A stretch of DNA of 64,000 nucleotides from Leptolyngbyaceae cyanobacterium. Its GTDB lineage: Bacteria > Cyanobacteriota > Cyanobacteriia > Phormidesmidales > Phormidesmidaceae. The position numbers and the translations under genes were made by a program. The notes beneath the pieces were generated by a model that was not told the DNA's origin, did no database searches, and saw nothing but the letters and a program-made list of their open reading frames with translations. Location: NCBI GenBank assembly GCA_965263355.1, contig CBDHHL010000032.1:3072001-3136000 (forward strand). Reading direction: 5' to 3'. Below are positions 51,396 through 61,223 of the stretch, one piece after another (the stretch's first letter is position 1; each line of letters begins with the position of its first letter).

Positions 51396-53849
51396 ATGAT
51401 TATTATGGCTCTCTTGACTGTTGGTTTAATCTTTGGCTTGCTGGGACTGTTCGTTGGCTTGGCATATATTAATGTCCCGATGTTGGCGTGGTTTGCCTAC
51501 GCAGCGTTAGTGTTAGGCATCGCCCATGCCCCCCTATGGCTATGGGGATTATTGGGCTGTGTGGCCATTGTGTTTAATGTGCCGTTTATTCGTCAGGTGG
51601 TGATTACGGCCCCCATTGTTAAATCAATTCAACAACTTAAGTTGTTGCCAGCCATCTCAGAAACAGAACGAGCGGCGATTGAAGCCGGTACTGTATGGGT
51701 CGATGGGGAGCTTTTTTCTGGTCAACCCAACTTCCAACGAATTTTGGCAGAGCCTTATCCCGCCCTGAATCCGGAGGAGCAAGCCTTTGTGGATGGCCCT
51801 GTGGAGCAGGTGTGTCGCATGGCCACAGACTGGGAGATTCATCAGCGTAAAGATTTACCCCCCGATGTGTGGGCCTATCTCAGACAAGAACGCTTTTTTG
51901 GCATGATGATTCCGCCAGAGTATGACGGTCTTGGGTTTTCGAATACGGCCTACAGTGCGGTGATGACTAAGCTGGCATCACGCTCGTTTACCCACACGGC
52001 GACGGTCGGTGTGACCAACTCCCTCGGACCCGCAAAACTACTTCTGCGCTATGGCACCAATGAGCAAAAGCAGCGTTACCTTCCTAAACTCGCGACCGGT
52101 GAAGAAATGCCATGCTTTGCCCTGACGGAACCGACGGCGGGTTCGGATGCGGCCAGTTTGCAGTCGAGCGGGACGGTGTTTAAGGGGCAGGACGGTGAGC
52201 TATATCTAAGGTTGAACTGGCAGAAACGCTATATTACGCTGGGTGCGATCGCAACCCTAATCGGTCTGGCTGTCCGCCTCTACGATCCCGATAATCTTCT
52301 AGGCAAGGGCACAGATGTTGGCATTACCTGTGTATTGGTTCCCGCTGACACTCCTGGTGTGCAATTGGGGCGTCGCCATGACCCCATGGGTGTGCCCTTC
52401 TATAATTCACCCATTGCCGGTCGCAATGTAGTTTTGTCTGCCTGCCAGATCATCGGCGGTGTAGCCCAAGCGGGACAGGGTTGGACCATGCTGATGCAAA
52501 GTCTCGCCGCTGGTCGAGGCATTAGCTTCCCGGCAACTGCGACCGGTGTTGCCAAATTAATCTCTCGTGTGACCAGTGCCTATAGTGTGGTGCGCGAACA
52601 GTTTGGGTTATCTATCGGTAAATTTGAAGGCATTGAAGAACCCCTGGCGCGCATTGGGGGCCTCACCTATCTGATGGATGCGGTACGTTTGTATACCTGT
52701 GGTGCCGTCGATCAAGGCGAACAACCTGCAGTGGTATCTGCCATTGCCAAGTATCAATTTACTGAATTATCCCGTCAGTTGATCAATCACGGCATGGATA
52801 TTCTCGGTGGTGCTGGCATCTGTCGTGGTCCCCGCAATCTGTTGGCCAATATTTATACAGCTACACCCATTCCAATCACAGTAGAGGGAGCTAATATTCT
52901 CACCCGCAGTTTGATTATTTATGGTCAAGGCGCAATCCGCTGTCATGGTTACATTGTGGATGAAATTGCCGCGTTAGAAGACAATAATGTTGCTGCATTT
53001 GACCATGCATTGTGGCGACATATGGGGCTGGTGTTGCGCAATTGGGCGCGGGCAAAAGTCTTGGGTTTGACCCATGGTCGTCTGGCGAAAGCACCGGTAC
53101 GAGGAGAAACGGCCCGCTACTATCAGAAGCTAGCCTGGGCCTCTGCCACATTTGCCGCCCTATCAGACTTAGCCATGCTCACCTACGGCGGTCGCCTCAA
53201 ACGCCATGAGAAAATTACGGGGCGCTTTGCCGATATGCTCTCTTGGATGTATTTAGCAACCGCTACGCTTCGACGGTTTGAGGCAGAAGGTCGTCGAGAC
53301 GATGATTTGCCCTTGGTTCATTGGGCGATGAATCATAGTCTGGGACAGATTCAGCAGGCATTAGAAGGTCTATTGGTGAACCTAGATATTCCTGTTTTAG
53401 GAGGGCTGATGCGGGCAATTACATTGCCGTGGTTCCGGTTAAATCCCCTGGGTGTGATGCCTACAGATGCCCAAGGCCATGCAGTGGCACAGCTATTGCA
53501 ATCTCCTGATGGGCGTAATCACGTTACTGCAGGTTTGCATGTGCCCACGGATGCAGAACAGGCCCTTGGCCGTTTGGAGCGCGCCTATCAGTTATCGATT
53601 GTGGCGATGCCTGTATTTAAGATAATCAAAACTGCATTGCGCAATGGGGAGCTGAAGATTATGCCTCCTGTGGGTCGGGTGGAAGCAGCGCTAAGGGCTG
53701 GAGTGATTACGAGCGCAGAATCTGACCTAGCAATCGCTGCAGAGCGGGCGCAGTTGGATGCGATTCAGGTGGACTCGTTTACATTGGTGGATTATCAACG
53801 CATTGGCAGGGAGTATATCGAGGAAGAGATTACGGAAACTGAATCATGA
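51396..53849 (+). CDS. fadE: Membrane-anchored acyl-CoA dehydrogenase, FadE type
   Basis: N-terminal TM helices; ISETERAAIEAG, NSLGP, CFALTEPTAGSDA, REQFGLSIGKFEGI, ITVEGANILTR (catalytic Glu); DUF1974-like C-terminus. Confidence 0.93.
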   Translation: MIIMALLTVGLIFGLLGLFVGLAYINVPMLAWFAYAALVLGIAHAPLWLWGLLGCVAIVFNVPFIRQVVITAPIVKSIQQLKLLPAISETERAAIEAGTVWVDGELFSGQPNFQRILAEPYPALNPEEQAFVDGPVEQVCRMATDWEIHQRKDLPPDVWAYLRQERFFGMMIPPEYDGLGFSNTAYSAVMTKLASRSFTHTATVGVTNSLGPAKLLLRYGTNEQKQRYLPKLATGEEMPCFALTEPTAGSDAASLQSSGTVFKGQDGELYLRLNWQKRYITLGAIATLIGLAVRLYDPDNLLGKGTDVGITCVLVPADTPGVQLGRRHDPMGVPFYNSPIAGRNVVLSACQIIGGVAQAGQGWTMLMQSLAAGRGISFPATATGVAKLISRVTSAYSVVREQFGLSIGKFEGIEEPLARIGGLTYLMDAVRLYTCGAVDQGEQPAVVSAIAKYQFTELSRQLINHGMDILGGAGICRGPRNLLANIYTATPIPITVEGANILTRSLIIYGQGAIRCHGYIVDEIAALEDNNVAAFDHALWRHMGLVLRNWARAKVLGLTHGRLAKAPVRGETARYYQKLAWASATFAALSDLAMLTYGGRLKRHEKITGRFADMLSWMYLATATLRRFEAEGRRDDDLPLVHWAMNHSLGQIQQALEGLLVNLDIPVLGGLMRAITLPWFRLNPLGVMPTDAQGHAVAQLLQSPDGRNHVTAGLHVPTDAEQALGRLERAYQLSIVAMPVFKIIKTALRNGELKIMPPVGRVEAALRAGVITSAESDLAIAAERAQLDAIQVDSFTLVDYQRIGREYIEEEITETES

Positions 53850-54333
53850 GGCTTGATTGTGGTAAATGCGTAGTATGCCACTGCGATTGCTGTAGTCAGG
53901 ATGAAATAAATCTTTAAGGGGGGCTCATCCTGACTACTTTTTATATTGTTACTGGTGTCGGGCGCGTCGGGTTCAACACGTGTGCTCATCAAGTGCGTGC
54001 GGCAATTGAGCACATTATCCTTGGCAACAATTCCTTTCCTTCAACGTGGACTGATGCTCTAATGCGCCACCGAAAACTCTATATTGATTGAGTTCGTGAT
54101 TTGCAACTTGGATAGCAAATGTAAATGCTCCTGTATCTTGAGTTAAGGAACGAAATCTGACAATTCCAGAAGGTCTTCTGCTCCTAGCCTACTTTGCCTG
54201 AAATGCCATATGGCGGATAATACTTTGTAGTAGTAGTATCGGACTATAGAACTAGGATAGGTTTGCTAGATGCTAAGCTAGGAAAATAGGAAGGCAAAAA
54301 AATAGGGGACGATGCATCCCCTACAAACAATAA

Positions 54334-54477
54334 ATGTTGCCTTCAGTCTACCAAACCATCTGCCGTACACATCTGAGCGAACAGCAGTATCTAACGCTAG
54401 AGCTGGTGTTACTTTTGATACAAGCCCATCGAGAAGTCACCCTTGCTACCTTAGCCAGTCTATTTCCTTGTGTCTGA
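54334..54477 (+). mobile_element. N-terminal fragment of a cyanobacterial IS4-family transposase
   Basis: Not in track: MLPSVYQTICRTHLSEQQYLTLELVLLLIQAHREVTLATLASLFPCV*, resembling from memory the MLP..YQ..L...L...QYLTL start of these transposases; hairpin at 54303-54323 upstream. Confidence 0.55.
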
Positions 54478-55973
54478 TGTGTTTTAGATGACTGTCTGGG
54501 CATTGGCAGCTCGTCAATAGTACTGAGAACCCATTCAAAGAGATCAGGAAACGGCTGTCCAAAGAGTCGTTGAGCCGCAGTGGTGCCATCAGCTCGTTTA
54601 AGGTCGAAATTATGAATGATGGTGAGCACCTTCAAGGACTGATGAGAAAAGCCTCGATTGACATGATGGCGTTGCGACAAATAGCCATTGCGCCCTTCGA
54701 CGGCAGAGGAAGTGCGTTGATACTTGGCACACATCCACTGGCACCACTGCACCCAGTGTTGGCGTTGCGTGTCATCCATCTGTAGTGTCATGGTGTGGGC
54801 CATCAGCTGATCATAGGCATCGCTAGCGGCCTGTTGATAGCGAGATTTGAGCTGAGGCTTTCGAGTTTTATCAGCGTGTTGAGACCAATAGACCCAGGGT
54901 AAAAGGGCTGTCAGTACCCAATTTTGGACGTCCATCTCCTGGGTTTCTGCCGCTAGTGCCTGCATCACCCAGTGCCACCAGGCATGAATGCCGGTGGCGA
55001 ACTTAGGGATCTGAGCTTGAAAGGTGGCAATCGCTTTTTGAGTCGTATCGCCCCCATAGAGATGCGCCAGTTCGTTGAGTGTGCTCAAGGGGACCTCCAG
55101 CCGCGTCGTTAAGTCCTCAAAGAATTGCCATTGGGCGGTTTCAAGGGTGAAGGGGTGGACCGTTTGGCTAATGTCTGCCAACGCACAATGATAGGTTTGC
55201 TGGTCTTGTTCGAGCTGTTGATGTTGCTGCGTGAGCGTCTCGAGTTGTGAGGTCAAGGTCTGTTGTTTAGACGGGTCTGTTGTTTTGTTTAATTGGTGGT
55301 GGAGTTTGTCTGCTTGTTTTTCAAGCTGAGCAAGTTGACGCCCCAGCGCACTCCCGATAGGACGACCTAATGCCCGCATCGCATGGAACAGATCCGCAAC
55401 ACTGACGGTACCCAGACCGCAGAGAGCTAGCTTCACCAAGGCACGGGCACCATCACTGACCATAAAGTGGCACTGCCATTGAGTCTGATTCCACCAGGCC
55501 TCAACCTGTTTGAGCCAAGTGTCATAACAGCGGTTCTCACATTCGATTTCTGTGAAAATAAACCCACTGGCTAACTCCACCAGCACCAGAATCGGCAATC
55601 CAAAAAAGGTTTCATCGCCGCCGAGGCAGATACCGGGTTTGTTGGCGGGTTGGCAATGCTCGGCTTGCGCCACTTCGTAGGCCACGATAGCTTGCTGGAG
55701 ACGGTGTTTGAGTTGACGTAGGGCACTCGCAGAACTGCCCACATGAGTATCGAGGTGCACTGCCTTGAAGAACGTTGATAAACTTTCGGCTCCCACCCCT
55801 TGTTTGATGCCAAAGTGGTAGATCACCCCCACCACCAGACGTAACAGCCAAGCTGACCCGGCGGCAGTTTCCCACAGACCTGATTCTGGATACTGATTGC
55901 GACGGGCAATGGCTTGCTGATGTCGATGCACACTGCTTTTGCTGATCCCAATGAGGTGTTTATTTATACACAC
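54348..55973 (-). mobile_element. Putative transposase (DUF6399-like), probably 5'-truncated; its 3' end reads through into the IS4 fragment
   Basis: HTH SKSSVHRH, GGDETFF, MVSDGA, DLFH, RTSSAVEGRNG, IHNFDLKRADGTTAAQRLFG (DDE-like acidic motifs). Confidence 0.7.
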
Positions 55974-56701
55974 CTGAAAGGTGTTTTTGTTTCCCCCGTC
56001 TTGAAGAGTTACCCATTCTTGGTTTTATATATGATATCCCTCCTGAAAATTTAGCCAATAGGATGAGAAGCAAAAAAGGGAACAGATTGAGAGCTATACG
56101 GACAACTTATCCTAGACTTTCGGCCTGCCTGTTTTATCTTTGGACCCTTCACGATGAAGGCAGAACATTCAGATTTATGCTTAACGTAGAACTATCTGAT
56201 AAAGCTAGAGACGAAATATACTAAGCCAATATACTTATTTTAATGCTACGCAGTTTAGCTATCCAGCTCATAAATTTCCTGAAACAAGTTATTGCAGCCT
56301 CACATAGGGCTTTGAGGTGTACAATGCCTCTTGCGATCGCAACTAAGGCATTGACATCCAGAGTAGGCTGCTCTAACCCTATTTTTTCTAGAATTTGCTG
56401 CGGTAGCCGCCATAAGTTCATCATACTCAGGATATTCCCGTACCTCAGGATTTAAACTATAAACCGCCGATTCTAAGCATGCTGCCTTACAAATTTACGC
56501 ATGAACTCTATCAGGGTCTCAACCACTTCGAGGGCAACGCCATTGTAAAGGCTGACGCGACAGCCACCTCTAGTGCGATGTCCAGCTATATCGATAATAC
56601 ACACTCAAGTAGCTTCGTGAATGAACTGCTAATGCTATTAACGTAAACGACAAAGAAAAGACCCGATGCAAGTCTTTTCATCTCCCCTAACTACTGAAGT
56701 G

Positions 56702-56830
56702 ATGTTTGAGTTTCCCCTCGTTTTAGCCCCCACTTTGATTGTTCCATGGTTAGCCGTCCTAAATGGGCTCGTGGCCTGGAAACTGTGGGAATATCAACGG
56801 TCTTTTACTCAAAAGACAAAAATACAATAA
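56702..56830 (+). CDS. Candidate 42-aa single-TM small protein
   Basis: MFEFPLVLAPTLIVPWLAVLNGLVAWKLWEYQRSFTQKTKIQ; below the track length cutoff. Confidence 0.35.
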   Translation: MFEFPLVLAPTLIVPWLAVLNGLVAWKLWEYQRSFTQKTKIQ

Positions 56831-56958
56831 AATACGCTCACCCTGCTTGATTAATCCTGCCACTGTATAGAACTGCCCATAAACTATGGCTAGCTTTTGC
56901 TAGACTAGGCCTTTAACCCTTTACAGTGGTTATGTCCTATTATGAGTGGCAATAGTCA

Positions 56959-58266
56959 GTGACACAAGTATCGACAACACCAGTTGTCAGTGAGGAACAA
57001 ACCAGTCAAGCAGACAACATAAAAAAAATTGTCCTGGCTGGCATTATCGGCAATATTATCGAATGGTACGATTTTGCACTATTTGGTTATTTTGCCCCGG
57101 TTATATCTACCCTGTTTTTTCCTAACGACAATGAGCTAACGTCCCTATTAGAAACCTATGGAGTCTTTGCCGCTGGATTTATTATGCGGCCAATTGGGGC
57201 AACAGTTTTTGGCTATATTGGAGATCGCATTGGCCGCCGTATAGAATTATTTATCTCAGTACTCTTAATGGCATTGCCCACATTTATGCTGGGATTATTG
57301 CCAGACTATGCCCACATTGGTATTGCCGCTCCTATTACGTTAGTTGTTCTAAGGTTAATCCAAGGCTTGTCGGTAGGAGGAGAATTTACCGGTTCAGTCA
57401 CCTATGTGGCCGAAACAGCGCCTCAAAACCACCGAGGATTTATGGCTAGCTTTACCAATTTTGGTTCCATGTCAGGCACATTGCTGGGCTTAGGCATTGT
57501 CACCTTAATGACAAATCTGTTGCCAGATGCTGATCTTCGTAGTTGGGGATGGCGTTTGGCATTTTTATTAGGCGGTGTTTTGGGGTTAGTTGGTTTCTAT
57601 ATTCGGCAAAATCTACCTGCATCTGAAGTGTTTCAAGAACAGCAGGATGAGAGTGAAATGCCCTTGCTCACTGCGTTTCGGCAAAGTTGGGTGCCGATGG
57701 TACAAACCATAGTCTATACGGGGGGCTACAGTACTGTTTTCTATATTTTGCTCGTGTATCTGCCGACCTATTTGGACAAGTTTACGGATATTGCCTTAAA
57801 TCAGGCCCTACTGATTAATACGGTTGTGATCGCACTACTATTGCCTATCACCCCCCTCATGGGCTGGCTATCAGATTTCACCCTACGTCGTAAAGTCTGG
57901 TTATTGATTGCCGTCATTAGCTTAGCCAGCCTGGGTTTTCCGGCATTTTTGTTATTTCAACAGGGTACTCTCCCCTGGATCTGGGTTGCCCAAATCACTC
58001 TAGTTACCCCAATTGGCATCCTATTGGGGGTATCACCAACCATGATGGTAGAGCTATTCCCCACAAAAACCCGTCTAACAACCTATTCTGTTTCTTTTAA
58101 CGTGGGCGTCAGCCTTTTAGGCGGGACCTCTCCCTTGATCGTGACCTGGTTGATCGATGTTAGTAACAATGTTTATGTCCCAGCCATATACCTAATTGTC
58201 AGTGCGGTCATGGCGGCGATCGCAGTGAGTTTTATGGTCGATCGCAGCCGTGAACCGTTGCTATAA
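56959..58266 (+). CDS. MFS metabolite:H+ symporter (ProP-like)
   Basis: GNIIEWYDF, RPIG, GDRIGRR, RLIQGLSVGGE, WGWRLAF. Confidence 0.9.
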   Translation: MTQVSTTPVVSEEQTSQADNIKKIVLAGIIGNIIEWYDFALFGYFAPVISTLFFPNDNELTSLLETYGVFAAGFIMRPIGATVFGYIGDRIGRRIELFISVLLMALPTFMLGLLPDYAHIGIAAPITLVVLRLIQGLSVGGEFTGSVTYVAETAPQNHRGFMASFTNFGSMSGTLLGLGIVTLMTNLLPDADLRSWGWRLAFLLGGVLGLVGFYIRQNLPASEVFQEQQDESEMPLLTAFRQSWVPMVQTIVYTGGYSTVFYILLVYLPTYLDKFTDIALNQALLINTVVIALLLPITPLMGWLSDFTLRRKVWLLIAVISLASLGFPAFLLFQQGTLPWIWVAQITLVTPIGILLGVSPTMMVELFPTKTRLTTYSVSFNVGVSLLGGTSPLIVTWLIDVSNNVYVPAIYLIVSAVMAAIAVSFMVDRSREPLL

Positions 58267-58290
58267 GGCAAACATTCCCAGTATCCTCCC

Positions 58291-59181
58291 ATGGTCAGAA
58301 TCGCTATGCCAAAACTGCTTGTCACCGGAGCCAGCGGCTTTCTAGGTTGGAATCTGTGCCAGATTGCAGCAACCGATTGGGATGTATATGGCGTTTACCG
58401 ATTGCGATCGCTAACCATACCCAACAGTACTCTCCTCAAAGCTGACTTAACCAACTCCGAGGAACTCCAAACTCTCTTTCATACCATCCAACCTGATGCA
58501 GTCGTACACCTGGCAGCAGAGTCCAGTCCCAACCGTTGCCAAGAACACCCTGACGCAGCCTACCGAATAAATGTCACTACATCAGTGGAAATTGCAAAAT
58601 TATGTGCTGATGCCGACATTCCCTATGCCTTTGCCTCCAGCGAACAGGTTTTTAACGGCTTAAACCCGCCTTACCGAGAAGACAATCCACCTTCCCCAGT
58701 CAATCGTTACGGTGAACAGAAAGCTCTGGCAGAGTCAGCAATACTAAATTGCTACCCCAAAGCCGCCATATGTCGGCTTCCTCTTATGTTCGGGGCTGCC
58801 CCCTCCACGGCCAGTAGTTTTCTGCAACCTTTTATCCAAACGTTGCGTGAGCGGCGAGAATTAAAGTTGTTTATAGACGAAATTCGTACCCCAGTCAGTG
58901 GGACAACGGCTGCTCAAGGATTACTCCTGGCTCTGCAGACCGTGCAAGGGATCATTCACCTGGGGGGGAAAGAACGCATCTCTCGCTATGACTTTGGTCG
59001 TTTGATGGTGGAAATATTCGATCTGCCTGCTGATGGGCTCAAGCCTAGCCACCAAAAGGACGTAAACATGTCAGCGCCCCGCCCCCCCGATGTGTCCCTC
59101 GATAGTACTAAAGCCTTTGCGATGGGGTATGCCCCACTCAACCTGCGTGAGGAACTACAAGCACTACGAGGAAACGTATAA
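58291..59181 (+). CDS. RmlD-like NAD(P)-dependent reductase (extended SDR)
   Basis: LLVTGASGFLG, HLAA, YGEQK, PRPPDVSLD; alternative start 58306. Confidence 0.85.
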   Translation: MVRIAMPKLLVTGASGFLGWNLCQIAATDWDVYGVYRLRSLTIPNSTLLKADLTNSEELQTLFHTIQPDAVVHLAAESSPNRCQEHPDAAYRINVTTSVEIAKLCADADIPYAFASSEQVFNGLNPPYREDNPPSPVNRYGEQKALAESAILNCYPKAAICRLPLMFGAAPSTASSFLQPFIQTLRERRELKLFIDEIRTPVSGTTAAQGLLLALQTVQGIIHLGGKERISRYDFGRLMVEIFDLPADGLKPSHQKDVNMSAPRPPDVSLDSTKAFAMGYAPLNLREELQALRGNV

Positions 59182-59283
59182 CCCAAGACTCAAACTCACC
59201 AACTCTCTCCAGGGCTTCTACCACGCAAAACTCAAACTTCAAAACTACACACCAGTTTGAGGCTATTTCTCCATCTCACCCTT

Positions 59284-61173
59284 CTACCAAGTTAATCGCA
59301 GACCCTGCTCTAACATCTGGTCTTGTAGCTCAGTCATATACCCTTGTTCCACAATCTCTGATGCTGATAGCTCAGGCTGTGTCACCAGCCAACCTGCCGT
59401 CACACCAGCGGCAGCACCGATGCCCCACTCACTCATATGAACTCGCGTCAGCGCATTAACAATGTGACTCACAGCAATGCTCTTACCTCCAATAAGAAGA
59501 TTATTCACCGATTGAGGCACTAAACTCTCTAATGGAATTTGTACCGGTCGAACAACAAATTCTTTAGCAGGGGCACTGCCTGCTTCCCAGGATGGACTAC
59601 CATTGCGATAACGGCAGCCATGAATATCGATATCATAATGACTCACGGCCACTGTTGTCGGCGTAAAATCTCGTCCTCCTGGCTGGTCTATTCTTAAGTC
59701 TGCCTCAAGCATTAGAAATGCATCATCACCATAGGCATTACGACCTAAGATCCGTCGTCCCTCACGGATATATGGCACCATACTCAGCCCCGATAGAGTC
59801 CCCATATAGGCCTCATCCCCCGATAAATACCTTAGGGGCAACCCAGATTGCGCTTGCGTTTGTAACAACCAACGGGCAAATAGCAACGCATGATCTTCTC
59901 CATGGCGCAGTGCTATTGCTGAGAGGCCACCCATCCAGTTCTGTTGCTGGCCATTCTCCTTAATTTGATCAGCAGTCAAAATCAATGGCGGGTCCATCCA
60001 GGTCCAGTCATTTCCACGGTTCCAGTTCACCATTGTCATATCACCTATAGCAGGCATATCCTGAAAGGGATCGTTGCGAGTTGTGCTGACAATCCGGCGA
60101 TAGTTAAAAAAGCTGCGTCCTGTGAAAAACGGAAAACCTTCCATTCCAAAAACTTTCTCATGCTCATGTACAGCATAGAGGGGAGGATATTGTTGTAACA
60201 CCCGCTCTAAGTCCGTCAGACTTTTGCCATTATCATCGTGGAGTGCTACCACGAAGGGATAGGTAAATGCCTGGGTACAGGCTGGATTATCTTTTTCTGA
60301 TCCGTTGATTTCTCCAGTTGTCGTTCGGGCCTCCGACCCTAATCGGTGGGGTAGATTCGCCCACCCGATAAACTCTCCCGTATCGGTGGAATCAATAACG
60401 ATCATCCGCTGACCAGCAGGAGGCTCTAAGCGCACTGGAATTTTCTCAAAGCTGTCATCGGCGGACCAGGAGTACCAACTAGCTAACTCTTGGGAAAATC
60501 GACCTGCCGGTACATAGTTTGAGCGCTTAGGAATACGCTGGACGGCATGAATGGCCACAATCTCTTGACCACCGTCATCCCAGGTAGCTCCCTTAAAGGC
60601 CGTTTGAGTTTGCCAGCGACTCTTAGGCGCATTGGGCAGGCTATTTTCTAAATGCATTTGGGCGGCAGTTGCCCCTGCTTGGGGGACAAAGCAGAGGTGT
60701 CCTACCCAGCAGGCATTGACATCTTTGACAGCCACAGTCCCCTTGCCGGTCCACTTCGGTAAAGTCACTCTTTGTTGAGCAATTTCTTGTTTAAACCTCT
60801 GCCAACTAGATGAAATATTTTGAGCCGCTCGCATAGCCAATGATTCATCAATCGCAGAGACCCCTTGGGAGCTAATTTGCCCACCTAGCCAAGGCGTCAG
60901 CTCAATCAAACAGGTTGTTGCTCCAGCTTCCATCGCGTGATAAGCAGCTGCCACTCCACCTAAAGAACCGCCGATGACAACTACTTGACATTCCCATATT
61001 TCCTGAGGCTGCGGTAATGGAGTCAGATTCGGTCTACCATTTGCCAACATCAGTGGTGGTGGCGATGGTGGCATGACAACCTCCTCACGCCCTGGCTGAG
61101 GGGCACAAGCCCAGCCTGCACTAAGAACAGTAAAGCAAGCAAACCATTTGGTCAGCAGATCAAATCGAACCAT
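59284..61173 (-). CDS. Exported FAD-dependent oxidoreductase
   Basis: Lipobox-like WAC; VVVIGGSLGG, WLGGQISSQG, IDSTDTGE, PYIREGRRI, IPLESLVP. Confidence 0.85.
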   Translation of the reverse strand: MVRFDLLTKWFACFTVLSAGWACAPQPGREEVVMPPSPPPLMLANGRPNLTPLPQPQEIWECQVVVIGGSLGGVAAAYHAMEAGATTCLIELTPWLGGQISSQGVSAIDESLAMRAAQNISSSWQRFKQEIAQQRVTLPKWTGKGTVAVKDVNACWVGHLCFVPQAGATAAQMHLENSLPNAPKSRWQTQTAFKGATWDDGGQEIVAIHAVQRIPKRSNYVPAGRFSQELASWYSWSADDSFEKIPVRLEPPAGQRMIVIDSTDTGEFIGWANLPHRLGSEARTTTGEINGSEKDNPACTQAFTYPFVVALHDDNGKSLTDLERVLQQYPPLYAVHEHEKVFGMEGFPFFTGRSFFNYRRIVSTTRNDPFQDMPAIGDMTMVNWNRGNDWTWMDPPLILTADQIKENGQQQNWMGGLSAIALRHGEDHALLFARWLLQTQAQSGLPLRYLSGDEAYMGTLSGLSMVPYIREGRRILGRNAYGDDAFLMLEADLRIDQPGGRDFTPTTVAVSHYDIDIHGCRYRNGSPSWEAGSAPAKEFVVRPVQIPLESLVPQSVNNLLIGGKSIAVSHIVNALTRVHMSEWGIGAAAGVTAGWLVTQPELSASEIVEQGYMTELQDQMLEQGLRLTW

Positions 61174-61223
61174 TACTCAGCCTATTAGAACGGAGATATT
61201 CTACCGTCGATTTGTGGGGCGTC

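Noticed and set aside
53880..54090. Possible riboswitch or ncRNA after fadE (GTGCTCA...TGAGCAC hairpin) and the 72-aa minus-strand ORF
   Set aside because: No complete match to any riboswitch consensus I can verify; no protein motif
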